NCBI GenBank assembly: GCA_043228905.1
Contig: JBHGNT010000007.1
Location: 21,080,001-21,144,000, forward strand
Length of the DNA stretch: 64,000 nt
DNA from: Azolla caroliniana
Taxonomy: Eukaryota > Plantae > Polypodiophyta
Reading direction: 5' to 3'
The notes beneath the pieces were generated by a model. It searched no databases. It saw nothing but the letters and a program-made list of their open reading frames with translations, and was not told where the DNA came from. Below, in pieces: positions 36,140 through 48,400 of this stretch (position 1 is the first letter of the stretch; each line of letters begins with the position of its first letter). The position numbers were made by a program, and so were the translations under genes.

Positions 36140-37694
36140 GATAGTATCTTCTCACAATCCTTGATATGGTTGGCAACGAATTGTCGGCAACCATCTTCGT
36201 CCAATTCCTCATTCTTCTCTTCCTCCTTGCATCCCTTGATCGGAACATCATCTAAAAAAGGCATTGTAATACGAGGAATAAAATCACGAAGTGCCTTGTT
36301 CATTCCATTCATCATATGCGCCATTGACTTGGTCACTCCTTGCGGCAAGGTACACATTCGTACTAACCCTATAGGTGTCTTGATAGAAGTAATATCTCGA
36401 CTTTTGATAGCAAGCTGAAAATGATCATACCCAAAATAAAGGTCTCCCATTGAATATATAGCTCTTCCCGCAAACATCTCAACAAACTCATCCACAATTG
36501 GCCCTACTCCCGAGTTTCGGATTGTTACCTTATTCAGGGGTTGCATATCTTGGATAAATCGGAGCCGTCCATCTTTCTTTAACACAGTGAACCATCAACT
36601 CGAGTACAGAGTGTTCGATGGTTCCAAGATACCCATCCTTATCTTTTCTTTCAGAAGTTCTAATAATTGAGGGATTCTAGCCCTAAGCATGGGTATTGGC
36701 TTAAAGTTCCATGGAATATGAGCGATAGTGAATATAACCATGGGATCTACAATTCATGGATCCACACACCCTATTTCCTTAGGTTGGAACGTTGTCGTGC
36801 CTTTCGGCGCCAAATTGTTGCGTGAGTCGGGTGGGAACCGTTGGGGTTTTGGACTAGGAGGAGGAAGAATTTGAGACTGAGTTTAGTTATGAATATATTA
36901 TAAGAAAGAGAGATGGAAACTTGTGAATCCCATAAGTATATTGTATTAGATTAATCAATATTAAGATAAGAATATGAATTTGGATTGAAAGAGAGAGATG
37001 TAGAAACCTCGTCAATCCCACGAGTAAAGTTTATTTATTTTATTGATATTTAAATCTTTAATAATAAATTAGAATGGATTGGAAGAGAAAGATATAGAAA
37101 ACTTGTGAATCCCATAAGCATAGTTTATTTTATTAATCATTATTTTTGAACCCTAATGATTTTTCATCCATAATTTTCTCTCCCCGTATTACATTGTGCT
37201 CCCCATCCTTATATAGTGACAACAGAGTCTTAGCAATCCATGTTTTTTCTCTAACTATAGACTATATGCTTTCTCTAACATGCTTCTTCTAAAAGTGATC
37301 ATGCTTTTTCTAACCTCATGCGTTTTTATCAACTATAGTGTTCATGCACGTTAAACGTGCATGTGTAGCTTTTTTTTCTATCATGCGTTTTTCTTCTAAC
37401 TAAAGCTTTCCTAGAAAATATACATGAAAAAACCATTCTATGTGTGATATCTACTTTTTTACCACTTATGATTTGTTAGTGTAGTGGTAAAGCTACAAAT
37501 TATTAACATGGAGGTACAAGGATCAAATCTTGCCCTATGCATGTAATATATATTTTGATATTTCTTTCTATTTCTTCATATTTATTCAATCGATTATTTG
37601 ATATGTTTTTCACGTAGTGTACGAAATACACTACAACACTCGCCCCCTCCAAACCCGCACATCCTCCGGTATGTGCCGAAATTGTTGGAGCTCG

Positions 37695-39350
37695 TTATTC
37701 TCCTTCATCAGTAATACTTTCTATTTCTCCCGCAATATTGACTTTGTGTGTCCATTTTGAGCACATCCATTCTTTCCACCCGAACCATTGTCGCCATCCA
37801 ATCCACCATATTCGTCGTTCACTCTTTACATGGCCATGACTAGTTGCCATGACTCCTTGTCCTCTTCTTGAGCTTAATCCTTCATGTCTCATGCATGTGC
37901 CACCTTCGTTCTGACCGTCTCCTTGGTCAAGACACTCCGCACTTCGTCCATCTTCGTCGTACAATCTCGCATTAGAGTTGACAATCTTCATGTTAGAGCC
38001 CTCCTTTGTTGAGATCTCATCCTCGGTAACACCCTTCAAATCCGCTTGGCCCTTGTCGTCTGTGGTAGTGTGCCTGCTTGGCCGGATCATCTTCCATCCG
38101 AACCGGCTTCTAACTTTACCTTCCTTGCCGCCATCTCCCGTCTCTCCGGTCTCACATTGGTTCTCGGACACAACCACCGAAGTCTCTAGAATTAGTGGGT
38201 AGGAATCCTCAGTATTACCGTCCTCCGTCGTTTCACCCATAGCCACCTTCTCCGTTGTCTCTCTGTCGTATGCATCAGGGTCGACCTTTGTTTTCTCTCC
38301 ACCACCTTCCATCTCTTCGGTCTCACGTTGCCTTTCGAACGCAACCGCCAAAATCTCTACAATTAGTGTTGACTCGTCCATAGCCACCTCCGATTCGATG
38401 TCATCTTTCGTGGCTACCTCCTCAATCACATCCGCCTCGCACTCTTTATCTCCCTCGATCATGTAAGCATCGATTATGCTTACCCCTTTTTCACTCAATG
38501 TTTCGAACACTTGTGTCCTGAAACCTTCTTCCACCCTTGAAGTGGTGTTCGCCACTCTCAAGTCATCGGTCTTATCCTTAACCATCGTCCTTTCACAAGA
38601 CAAGAGGATACCTTGTTCTATACCCTCTCCCGTGGTACTGATGTATCGTACTTCAACCTTTGTCTCGGACACATCATTCATCCTCAATCGATCATCCCTT
38701 ATAGGCCATGTTGTTGCCGACAATATTCTCATCTTCCTCTTATCATATCCTCGGCATACTCTTTCGACTTCGGCCCAATCCTCGGTGAGACCATTTGCAC
38801 TGTCATCATCTTCGAGTTCGATCCCAATGTCCATCCTTTCTTTCCGACCAATCGATCTTACGAACATTAGGACTTTATCCTCCCTCACCAATCTTTGTTC
38901 CCGCTCCAAGAGTCGAGCAAAACGATGCTCGAACTTTAGGAATGCTTGTGTTGCGCTTCGGTGGTTCTTCTCCGATAAAACCCATTCGTCGAACTCGCGT
39001 CGATCTCGTCCCTTCGATCTCTCGTAGTCATATGCCTCTCGTAAAGCTTCTTCAAAGGACCCCCATGTAAGTTTTTGTTGTCGTATCTTGTGGATTCTCT
39101 CTTGTAGCTCATTCGTGGCTACCCGACTGAAGGATATCACTTGCAACCCATCTGCTATCCCACATCGCATCATCTCCGTTTTGTAGTCATGTAGATAGTG
39201 TGACACATCCTTTCTGTTGAATTCCCCATTTGTTTGTACAAGCCGCTCTACTGCCGACTTCATTTCCGACATCACACATTGTTCTTGTTGCATCTGCTCA
39301 AGCATCATCATCATCATCATCATGTTCATCGCCTCTCGTTGATTCTCCAT
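37695..39350 (-). CDS. Intact gag-like protein (~550 aa): capsid-like N-terminus plus acidic tail
   Basis: Uninterrupted ORF. The track starts at a GTG inside the PBS; the first ATG is at 39350. The N-terminus aligns by eye with gag 41872-42597 (FSRVA, W..FE.AL, DK...F, NGL.EDW.EV.R.C). Confidence 0.75.
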   Translation of the reverse strand: MENQREAMNMMMMMMMLEQMQQEQCVMSEMKSAVERLVQTNGEFNRKDVSHYLHDYKTEMMRCGIADGLQVISFSRVATNELQERIHKIRQQKLTWGSFEEALREAYDYERSKGRDRREFDEWVLSEKNHRSATQAFLKFEHRFARLLEREQRLVREDKVLMFVRSIGRKERMDIGIELEDDDSANGLTEDWAEVERVCRGYDKRKMRILSATTWPIRDDRLRMNDVSETKVEVRYISTTGEGIEQGILLSCERTMVKDKTDDLRVANTTSRVEEGFRTQVFETLSEKGVSIIDAYMIEGDKECEADVIEEVATKDDIESEVAMDESTLIVEILAVAFERQRETEEMEGGGEKTKVDPDAYDRETTEKVAMGETTEDGNTEDSYPLILETSVVVSENQCETGETGDGGKEGKVRSRFGWKMIRPSRHTTTDDKGQADLKGVTEDEISTKEGSNMKIVNSNARLYDEDGRSAECLDQGDGQNEGGTCMRHEGLSSRRGQGVMATSHGHVKSERRIWWIGWRQWFGWKEWMCSKWTHKVNIAGEIESITDEGE

Positions 39351-39366
39351 CTCCTTGCTACCCGTC

Positions 39367-39384
39367 TTCACGTCGGGTTCACCA
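39367..39384 (-). other. Primer-binding site, tRNA-Trp
   Basis: The plus strand ttcacgtcgggttcacca equals the 3' end of plant tRNA-Trp(CCA) including CCA. Confidence 0.88.
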
Positions 39385-42300
39385 CTTGTGTCATGCCTTT
39401 CGGTAGTGGATCGTTGCGTGAATCGGGTGGGAACCGCTGGGGTTTTGGACTAGGAGGAGGAAGAATTTGAGACTGAGTTTAGTTATGAATATATTATAAG
39501 TAAGAGAGATAGAAACTTGTGAATCCCATAAGTATATTATATTAGATTAATCAATATTAAGATAAGAATATGAATTTGGATTGAAAGAGAAAGATATAGG
39601 AACCTCGTCAATCCCACGAGTAAAGTTTATTTATTTTATTGATATTTAAATCTTTAATAATAAATTAGAATGGATTGGAAGAGAAAGATATAGAAAACTT
39701 GTGAATCCCACAAGCATAGTTTATTTTATTAATCATTATTTTTGAACCCTAATAAATTTTTATCCATAATTTTCTCTCCCCTTATTACATTGTGCTCCCC
39801 ATCCTTATATAGTGACGAGAGAGTCTTAGTAATCCATGCTTTTTCTCTAACTATAGATTATATGCTTTCTCTAACATGTTTCTTCTAAAAGTGATCATGC
39901 TTTTTCTAACCTCATGCGTTTTTATCGACTATAGTGTTCATGCACGCTAGATGTGCGTGTGTAGCTTTTTCTTCTATCATGCGTTTTTCTTCTAACTAAA
40001 GCTTTCCTAGAAAATATGCATGAAAAACTATTCTATGTGGGATATCTACTTTTTTACCACTCATGATTTGTTAGTGTATTGGTAAAGCCATAAATTATTA
40101 ACATGGAGGTACATGGTTCAAATCTTGCACTATACATGTAATATATATTTTGATATTTCTTTCTATTTCTTCATATTTTTTCAATTGGTTATTTTCTACA
40201 TGTGCCTCATGATCCTTTCGAGCAACTTCTTCAATGAACTTGTACACCTTGATCGAATGGACAGGAACTTGACTTTTGTCGTTGTCCTCCATTGCTTCCA
40301 AATGAGTTATTGTATCTTCAAAACTTAATTCTTCAAACATATCCTGAATTTCTTCATCATCATCTATTAATCCAAAACACTTAAAGTACTCGGAAGCATT
40401 TTGTATTTTATTATCATCTACTTTTAGCATAAAAGTAGCACCATTAGATGAGATTGTACAAGGAATATCTTTATTTACATTATTATTTATGGGGTTTTCT
40501 TTCATGTTCGGGCTATCACAACGCCTACCTGTAAAAGCCCTATCTAAATATCCTCAAAAAATTCTTCATTCACGTCCCGAACTGGATGTTCCCTCAAGCA
40601 TTCTTTATTTCTTTCGTGGTTGGGCCTCACGGTTAAGAATTGGACTGTCTTTCTTCCAACTTGACTCTTGATTCTCGCGAAAGCCGAACCATCATCAGTC
40701 ACCTTTGTTTCCATCCTGACTGCGGTGATGTAAGGCTAACCCAGGATGACGGGGTAGGTTGATCGATCTTGCACAAAGAAATTTTGATTCACCAACACAT
40801 CACCAATTGTTACCTTCACATTGGGGCATGCTCAAAATAGATCCTTCGTAGTCTTTGTGGCAGCTCTTATCTTCAACCCATGATTCTTGTCGATCGACCA
40901 CCGTCCTTGAGCGTAAAATTCCAACAACATCTTGTTAATCTCGGATCCATGATCGATCAACGCAATACATGGAATTTGTTGCTCCCCAATTTTGCAAGTG
41001 CCTCCATTGTTGCTCGAGCCCAATGGTCCCTTGTATAGTGACTCCTATCCTCTTCATGAACCCCAACATCATTTCTGATTTTTACACTTGCAGCGTCAAT
41101 GGTACCACCATACAAATCTCGAAGTGTTGTTGCACACCCTCTCATAACTTCCTCCGTCACCTGTCTCTTTCTTCTAATAATATCTATGATAACTTCATGA
41201 AATTCTTTCTTTGCTACACCCAATACTTCTCTTAAAGTAAATTCTACCTTACTATCTAATATTCTTGTTTCTAGTACCTTTTTTATATCTGTCGTTGTTT
41301 CTATGTCTAAAGCAAGCTTGAAAGATGGGCCTGTTTTCCCTTTTACTCTATCAGCTTCCTTCGTCTCAGGAGCACCCTTTTCCATATCCCTTCTCTTTTG
41401 TTCTCGTGTCTCGTGTTTCTTTGCCGGATCAGCCTCCTCAGCTCTCTTTCTCTTCTCTTCGACTAGTACCTCTTGTGCATTCACTTGTACGAATGTTGAT
41501 AGTGCGTCTACTGGATCATTCCATCCAGGGAAGTTCCGTATTTCATCTCGTTCTCTTTTTAATTCATTCACTCAAACCTTCCCTTTTCTTGCATAATCCA
41601 TCACATCTTGCCAAAAGTCAGATCCACCATATGAGTCTTCTACACGCAACCCTAACGTTGCAACGGATTGTATTGCTTGAGTTGTTTCTCTCTCGGAATC
41701 TTCCATTCGCTTTTTCATTCCACCTCGCCCGAAGTTGAGTTGAAGTGGTTGTCGAGTCTCTGTCGAGTGAATCTTACCATCTTGATAATAGATTTTATCA
41801 TGATTAAGAGCATCCCTATGTTCTTGACAATCTTTCTTCTGATGGTCGATATTGTCACACCACATACACCTTCAAACCATTCCACCTCCTTGCCTTGATG
41901 AAGTTGAGCCTTGTCCCAATTCTAGCTTCGTCACTTTGATCGACAAGTCTTTCATGCCTTTCACCAACTCATGCAAGAGTAAATCTTCTATTTTCTTCTC
42001 TCCCGAGTCGTTTCCCGTTTTGTCTCCCTTCCTCTCCGGCAGCTCCATACACCATAACTTTCTTTTACAGCAATGGGCGCAAGCCCTTTTCACCTCCTCC
42101 CAGTCTTCGATAAGTCCATTCGGACTATTCTGATATTCCAGAAGCATTTCCAAGTCTTTCTTGTATTTAATATTAGTAGCTTGTAGAAACAATATTATTT
42201 TATCTGGCATTATTATGTTTCTATCTCTAACATTTAATTGCTCAAATCTTTTTGAAAACTCTTTTAACACTTCCAAAACACATAACTGTTTATCGGACTC

Positions 42301-42674
42301 TACCCAATCCATGAAAGCTCGCCTTGTCATCCTTGACATATCTTTGAGGTTGTATTCATTCAATAATGCTCTTTCGAATGTCGCCCATGTATGATGCTCC
42401 CTCTGTAGCTCTTGGATCCTCAATTGTAGCCCAATCACGGCGACTCGACTAAAGCTATTAATTTTTGCAGCTTTGTCGACACCAGGTTTAAGCATTTCTT
42501 CATTGTAAATCTTCAAAAATCTTGTTAAATTTATACCTTCGAAGATTCCTACTCGAGCAAGAATATTGTCAACAGCTTTGTGGATGCTTGCCATCATACC
42601 TTGCTCTCACATCATTCGTTCCACCATTGTACACATAAGCCTCATTTGCTCCTCCATTTCTCCTTGTCGCCGCC

Positions 42675-42692
42675 TTCACGTCGGGTTCACCA
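42675..42692 (-). other. Primer-binding site, tRNA-Trp
   Basis: Identical 18-mer ttcacgtcgggttcacca, 4 nt from the LTR at 42697. Confidence 0.88.
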
Positions 42693-42696
42693 AATG

Positions 42697-43750
42697 TGTC
42701 AGGGTAGTTGTGGTTCGTGCGGCGAAGTCACAAGGACTAAGGTTTAAGGGGAGTTGAAGAAACTTTTATAAAGCTTGCGCACAAATGTTAGGAAGATTAA
42801 AGATAAGAATAATAAGAGTTAAAAGTATTGTGTGACAAAGAGACGAGCATAGATTAAAGACAAAGACCATATATGACTTAAGAAGCAAGAGTATATGATA
42901 TTAACATGATCTATATTAAGAATATAAGATTTTACCACAAAGATTCAAGATAGCAGGAATAAAAGTTGAAAGTAATGTACGAGAGAGAGAGAGATGAACA
43001 AGGATGAGAGATAGAGACAATATATGATTGAAGAGGTAAGAAAATATGATAAGAATATGTATTATACTAAAAACCCAAGATTTTACCAAAGTTACAATGT
43101 CGATCACAAGATGCGACCCTTTCTTTTGCTGAACTGTAGATTTGAACCCTTGACTCCAACATCGAAACACAAGCCTCTTCCCAAATGAGCTAACTTGTTT
43201 GTTTGATAATATTATTTCTCTAACTTTCTCCTCTTAATTAATTTTTCTCCCTTACTTGATTCCCCTCTTTTTATAGGTGCCCCATGCATATAATGCATGT
43301 GAGGGTAAAGACATGCATGCAATGCATGAAATGCTTGTGATGCATGAAATGCATGTGATGCATGATCGCCATTTGCCGTTCATGCATTACATGTGATGCA
43401 TGATAGACATCTCGTTCATTTGAGCTTCCATACATGTATGAAAATAGACATGGGATAAGTATAATGATGGAAATATATTACAAAGTAACTAGCCTAGCTA
43501 AGTGGTGTATACCTTGTCCTTGGTATACAAGGTTGAGGGTTCAAGTCTCTCAATTTTACTCAATACAATATTTTGCTTCATTCTTATATCATGGAGCACA
43601 TTCTTCACAATATTTCTAAAAATAAATAGCCTAGTCTAGTGGCATGTATATTGTATTTCATATATAAGGGTGTGGGTTCAAGTTTTTCAAATATTATTAA
43701 ATACAATATTTAAGTTCATTTTAATATCGTGAAGCACATTCTTAACGACA
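42697..43750 (-). repeat. 5' LTR of the tRNA-Trp Gypsy
   Basis: tgtcagg...aacgaca; adjacent to the PBS; abuts a Copia RT at 43751; internal atgcatg repeats. Confidence 0.8.
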
Positions 43751-44905
43751 GCATCTTGTGGTACCCTTGGCTTGTCATGAAGGAGTCGAACTTCCAGTAC
43801 CATTGCCGGGGTGCTTGCTTCAATCCATATAAGTTCTTCTGCAACCGACACACCAGGTGCTCCTTCCCTTTCTTGACAAATCCCTCTGGTTGTTGCATGT
43901 AGATCTCTTCTTTGAGGTCAATGTGTAGGAACGCCGTCTTGATGTCTAGTCGCTCTACCTTGAGGTCCATGCACGTCGTGATAGTCAACACCATTCGGAT
44001 GGATGTCATCTTGACTACCGGGGTGACGATTTCGTCGAAATCCACTCCTTTCTTCTGTTCAAACCCCTTTACCACGATCCAGGCTTTGTATCTCAATGGA
44101 TTTCCGACGTCTCCCGGTTTCAGCTTGTACACCCACTTGTTCCGGAGTGCTCTCTTTCCTTTCGGCAGCTCTGTCAATTCATATGTGTGGTTCTCATGCA
44201 AGGAATCCATCTCATCCTGAATGACACTTAAACACTTGTGACTCTAGGTGTCTCTCTTTGCTTCTTCGAAGCTTTCCGCTCCCCCTCCTCGATCGATAAG
44301 ACATGCTTTGCACTCGGAAATCTCCCGAGGACTCTTCTCTCTCTTAGAGGGTATCTACGTCCTTGTCTTTCTACCACCGGTTCCTCTGTTTGTTCTTCTT
44401 CTGTATCCGATTCGGGGTCTTGTCCGGAGCCGGTGTCCAAATCTTCTTCTTCAGTTGATTCGGTTTCTTGTCCGACTCTAGCCGGTTTTCGTGTGTCATC
44501 CAGCTTCCGGCCGGATGGGTCCTTGTATCTTCTGACCGATCTCTGTCGGTTGACCCGGAGTCCAGTATCTTCCTCTCCGACTCCCAATCGGAAATGTTCT
44601 TTTCTTCCATGAATTCTATGTCTCAACTCCGGAAGACCTTCTTGTCAATCAAGTCCCATACTCGATATCCGAACTCATCATCGTCGTATACAAGAAATAT
44701 GCATGGCCGGGACTTTGGATCTAATTTCTCTCTCTTGTCCTTTGCTACATGCACATAAGCTAGACAGCCGAACACCTTTAGATGCCGGTAAGACACGTCT
44801 TTACCGGTCCATACTCTCTGTGGTGTGTCTCCGTCTAAGGGTGCTGAGGGTGATTAGTTTATCACATATGTCACCATCATTAGCACCTCAACCCAAAACG
44901 TCTTG
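43751..44905 (-). mobile_element. Copia integrase C-terminus and RT N-terminus fragment
   Basis: KTFWVEVLMMVTYVIN; MDSLHENHTYELTELPKGKRALRNKWVYKLK..YGLKQAPRQWY. Confidence 0.9.
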
Positions 44906-45223
44906 AACACGTTTGTGTTCACAAGTGGAAGGATTACGCATTCCACTTGTAGAATCTTCTTGAAAATATCCAAATATACCCTCTCTATAAAAATTGGATG
45001 CACTAGTATCTCATGTTCCACAACTTGATTAGAATTTTCAAATATAAAAATACATGATAGGTCTCTGAGTGGAGAACATTCGAAATTCAAATAAGTTTGG
45101 ATGTGTTGATAAGTTAATGTACGCATAATAAAATTCAACAATGGCTCAATATCTCACTAATGTGCGACATGGCAAACACTCAGTTAAAGACTTATATTAT
45201 TTTGGTAAGTTTTACAAAAATAT

Positions 45224-45464
45224 TGTTGAGAATCGATTCGTAAAACCACAAGATCAAATGATGCTGAAAATACACTACACAGGCACACCACGATGCAGTA
45301 CACAGAGATTTACGTCGAAACCCTAAAACGGGTGAAAACCATGGGAGAGTAAAACTTCACTATACAATGGGTGTACAAGACAGAGATTACAACACTCTGA
45401 TTATGAGTGTATCAACCACACAGGGTCCTTGGCGTCTGTTGTTATGCACATAGCTATGGCGCCG

Positions 45465-45495
<31 letters not shown>

Positions 45496-48400
45496 ACTCA
45501 CTCTCTCTCTCTCTCCTTCTCTCTAGTCTCTCTTATGCACACTTCTATTGTTGTCCACACATTACTATGTTTGCCCTAGATGTATATATAGTGATACATT
45601 GTATGGACTATTTACAATTGTAGCCATTGCTACATATCATTATTATTATAATAATAATAATAATAATCAATATATTTAAACGATCGACTCTATGTTGTCG
45701 ACTCTTCGACTGTCGGCTATTTCCGAACAGTCAGTTCCTTCGACTCCTTGACTGTTGGCTACTTCCAAACAGTCGACTCCTCCCATTGGAGGGACATATC
45801 CCCAACAAACTCCCCCCTCACTCCTGTGGGAGGGAGTCAGTCAATCCTGTCTTTTGTCAACAGACTCTAAGTCTATCTATAGGTAGGTTCTTCGTTAGCA
45901 TGTCGGATCCATTGTTATCCGTGTGGATCTTCACAAGTGTAAACTCTCCTTCTTCGACTATCTCCCGCAACCAGTTATACTTTCTGTGTATGTGCTTGGT
46001 CCGAGAGTGATATGCAACATTCTTGGCAACATGTATGGCACTCTGGCTATCACAGTGAAGCAAGAACTCCCTCTGCTTCATCCTTAGCTCGTTGAGAAAA
46101 TTTCTCATCTAGATTAGCTCTTTGTCGGCCTCTACCGCTGCCATATACTCTACCTCTGTAGTCGACAAGGCTACAGATTTCTGTAGTCGTGATTGCCACG
46201 ACATTGCTCCCTTCCGGGGGTCATCATGTACCCCAATGTGGATCGCCTTGAGTCTACATCTCCCTACATGTCCGAGTCGGTAAAACCTTCCAACACAGGT
46301 TTTCCGACACCATACCCTAGGCACACCCCCGAGGTGCCTTCTAAGTACCTGAGTATCCACTTCACCAATGTCTAGTGTTCTCTTCCTGGATTACTCATAT
46401 ATCGGCTTATTGCTCCCACAACAAATGTTATGTTTGGTCTCGTACAGACAATAGCATACATTAGACTGCTAACGGCCGAGGCATATGGTACCTTCCTCAT
46501 CTCGGCCTTCTCTTTCTCCCCTTTCGAGCACTGCTTCGCATTCAACTTGAAATTTGTCGGCAACACCAAGCCGACCGGCTTTGCGTCCGATATGTTGAAC
46601 CTTTCTAGGATCTTCATCACATACTTTTGTTGTGACAACCATAGCACCTTCTGAGTTCTATCTTGAACTATGTGCATTCCCAAGATCTGTTTAGCCGGTC
46701 CAAGGTCTTTCATGGCAAACGACCTACCTAGAGCTTTCTTCAAGCTTCTGATCTTCCTTGTGTCTTGACTGACTATCAACATGTCATCAACATATAACAA
46801 GAGAATCAAGAAGTCTCCTTCTTCGCACCTTTTGACAAACACATAGTGATCGGACTGTGTTTTCTGGAACCGGTGTTCCATCATGAAGGACTTGAACTTC
46901 TTGTACCATTGGTGTGGAGCTTGTTTCGGACCATACAAGCTTTTCTTCAGTCGACACACCAGGTTCTCTTTCCCATTCTCCTCAATGCCTTCGGGTTGCT
47001 GCATGTAGATTTCTTCTTCTAGCTCCCCATGTAAGAATGCGGTTTTGACATCCAACTGTTTGATCTCCAGGTCCATACTGACTGAATGGATGTCATCTTC
47101 ACGATTGGTGTGAATATTTCATCGAAGTCAACACCCTTTTTCTATTGAAAACCCTTCTCCACTATGTGGGCTTTATACTTGGGCTCCATATCGGCTTCTC
47201 TAGTCTTCACCTTGTAGACCCATTTATTCCTGAGTGCTCTCTTACCTTTCGGCAGCTCTACTAGGTCGTAGGTGTAATTCTCGTGCAAGGATTCCAACTC
47301 ATCTTGCAACATGCTCAGCCATTTCTCTCAATGCTCGTCGGCAATGGCTTCTTCATAACACTCTGGTTCACCTTCATCAGTCAAGAGGGTGTATTGACTG
47401 GCATATGTTTTTGGTGTTTTCCTTTCTCTGAGTGGGTATCTCCTTCCACTCGTTGTTGGCTCTCTTTCGGATGTCTCTACCAACTCTTCTCTCTGCTCGG
47501 ATTCCTACACGTCAATTAGCATCTCCAAGTTGGACGACTCCAACTCATACTCTTCAATTGACCTTAGCAGCTCTGCCGACTCTAACTCATAGTCGGTCGA
47601 TCTCTCTGAGTCTACTGGCCGTCTTCGAACAGGCGACGTTGACTGGGGAGTCGTATCCGACTTCTGTTGCTTCCAATCTTCAATCGTCTTATCTTCAAGA
47701 AAGACTATGTCCCGACTTCTCACTACCTTCTTGTCGACTAGGTCCCATAGCCTATAGCCGAACTCATCTTCCGAGTATCCCATGAATATGCACCCTTTCG
47801 ACTTACTGTTGAGCGTCGACCTCTAATTCTTCGGTACATGCATATACCCCAAACATCCGAACACCCTCAAGTGTTGGTAGGAGACATCCTTCCCTATCCA
47901 CACTCTCTGTGGAACATCTCCCTTTAATGGTACTGACGGAGACCTCTTGATCATATAAACAGTTGTGCACATCGCCTCAACCCCAATAGGATGTCCACAG
48001 TTTTGCATGAGAGAGCATGCTCCTTACCCTCTCCCTGATTGTTCGATTCATCCTCTCTGCAAGCCCGTTCAACTTTGGGGTCTTTGGCACTGTGTATTTG
48101 ATCCGAATACCTTGGCACTTGAAGTATTCCTTGAATTTCCCTCCATACTTCCCACCATTGTTGGTTCAAACAACTTTCAACTTCCAACCCGACTCTCATT
48201 CAGCTCTAGCCTAGAAGTCCTTGAAAACTGACAGGACTTGATCCTTCGACTTCAGTACGAACACCCATGTCTTCCGACTATAGTCGTCGATGAATTCCAC
48301 AAAGTATTGTCCACCTCGATGCGATGGAGGATCTACATAACACACATCCTTGTGTACTAGTTCCACTGCAGCTTTCCGACTAAGCAGTCGACACACTTCT

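Larger units (their letters stand above)
36793..40195 (-). mobile_element. Non-autonomous gag-only LTR element (TR-GAG-like)
   Basis: Highly similar LTRs at 36793-37638 and 39389-~40195 (outer end truncated); PPT at about 37639-37650; tRNA-Trp PBS at 39367-39384; single ORF; no pol. Confidence 0.88.
33725..43750 (-). mobile_element. Gypsy element of a DUF4100-type lineage with tRNA-Trp PBS: 5' LTR, gag, protease, RT, RNase H, integrase; 3' end lost; two nested insertions
   Basis: LTR 42697-43750 (tgtc..gaca); PBS 42675-42692; gag FEGINLTRFL; WCDNIDHQKKDC..LNFGRGGMK; ALIDHGSEIN protease; KKDGRLRFIQDMQPLN..PFLDDVP RT; ALWADRTT integrase. Confidence 0.9.

Noticed and set aside
39367-39384. tRNA-Trp gene (also at 42675-42692)
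   Set aside because: Only the 3' 18 nt including CCA are present next to an LTR, so these are primer-binding sites.
44906-44930. Helitron 3' end (gaacac-gttt-gtgttc hairpin)
   Set aside because: The stem is short and no CTRR terminus follows, which is too little support.
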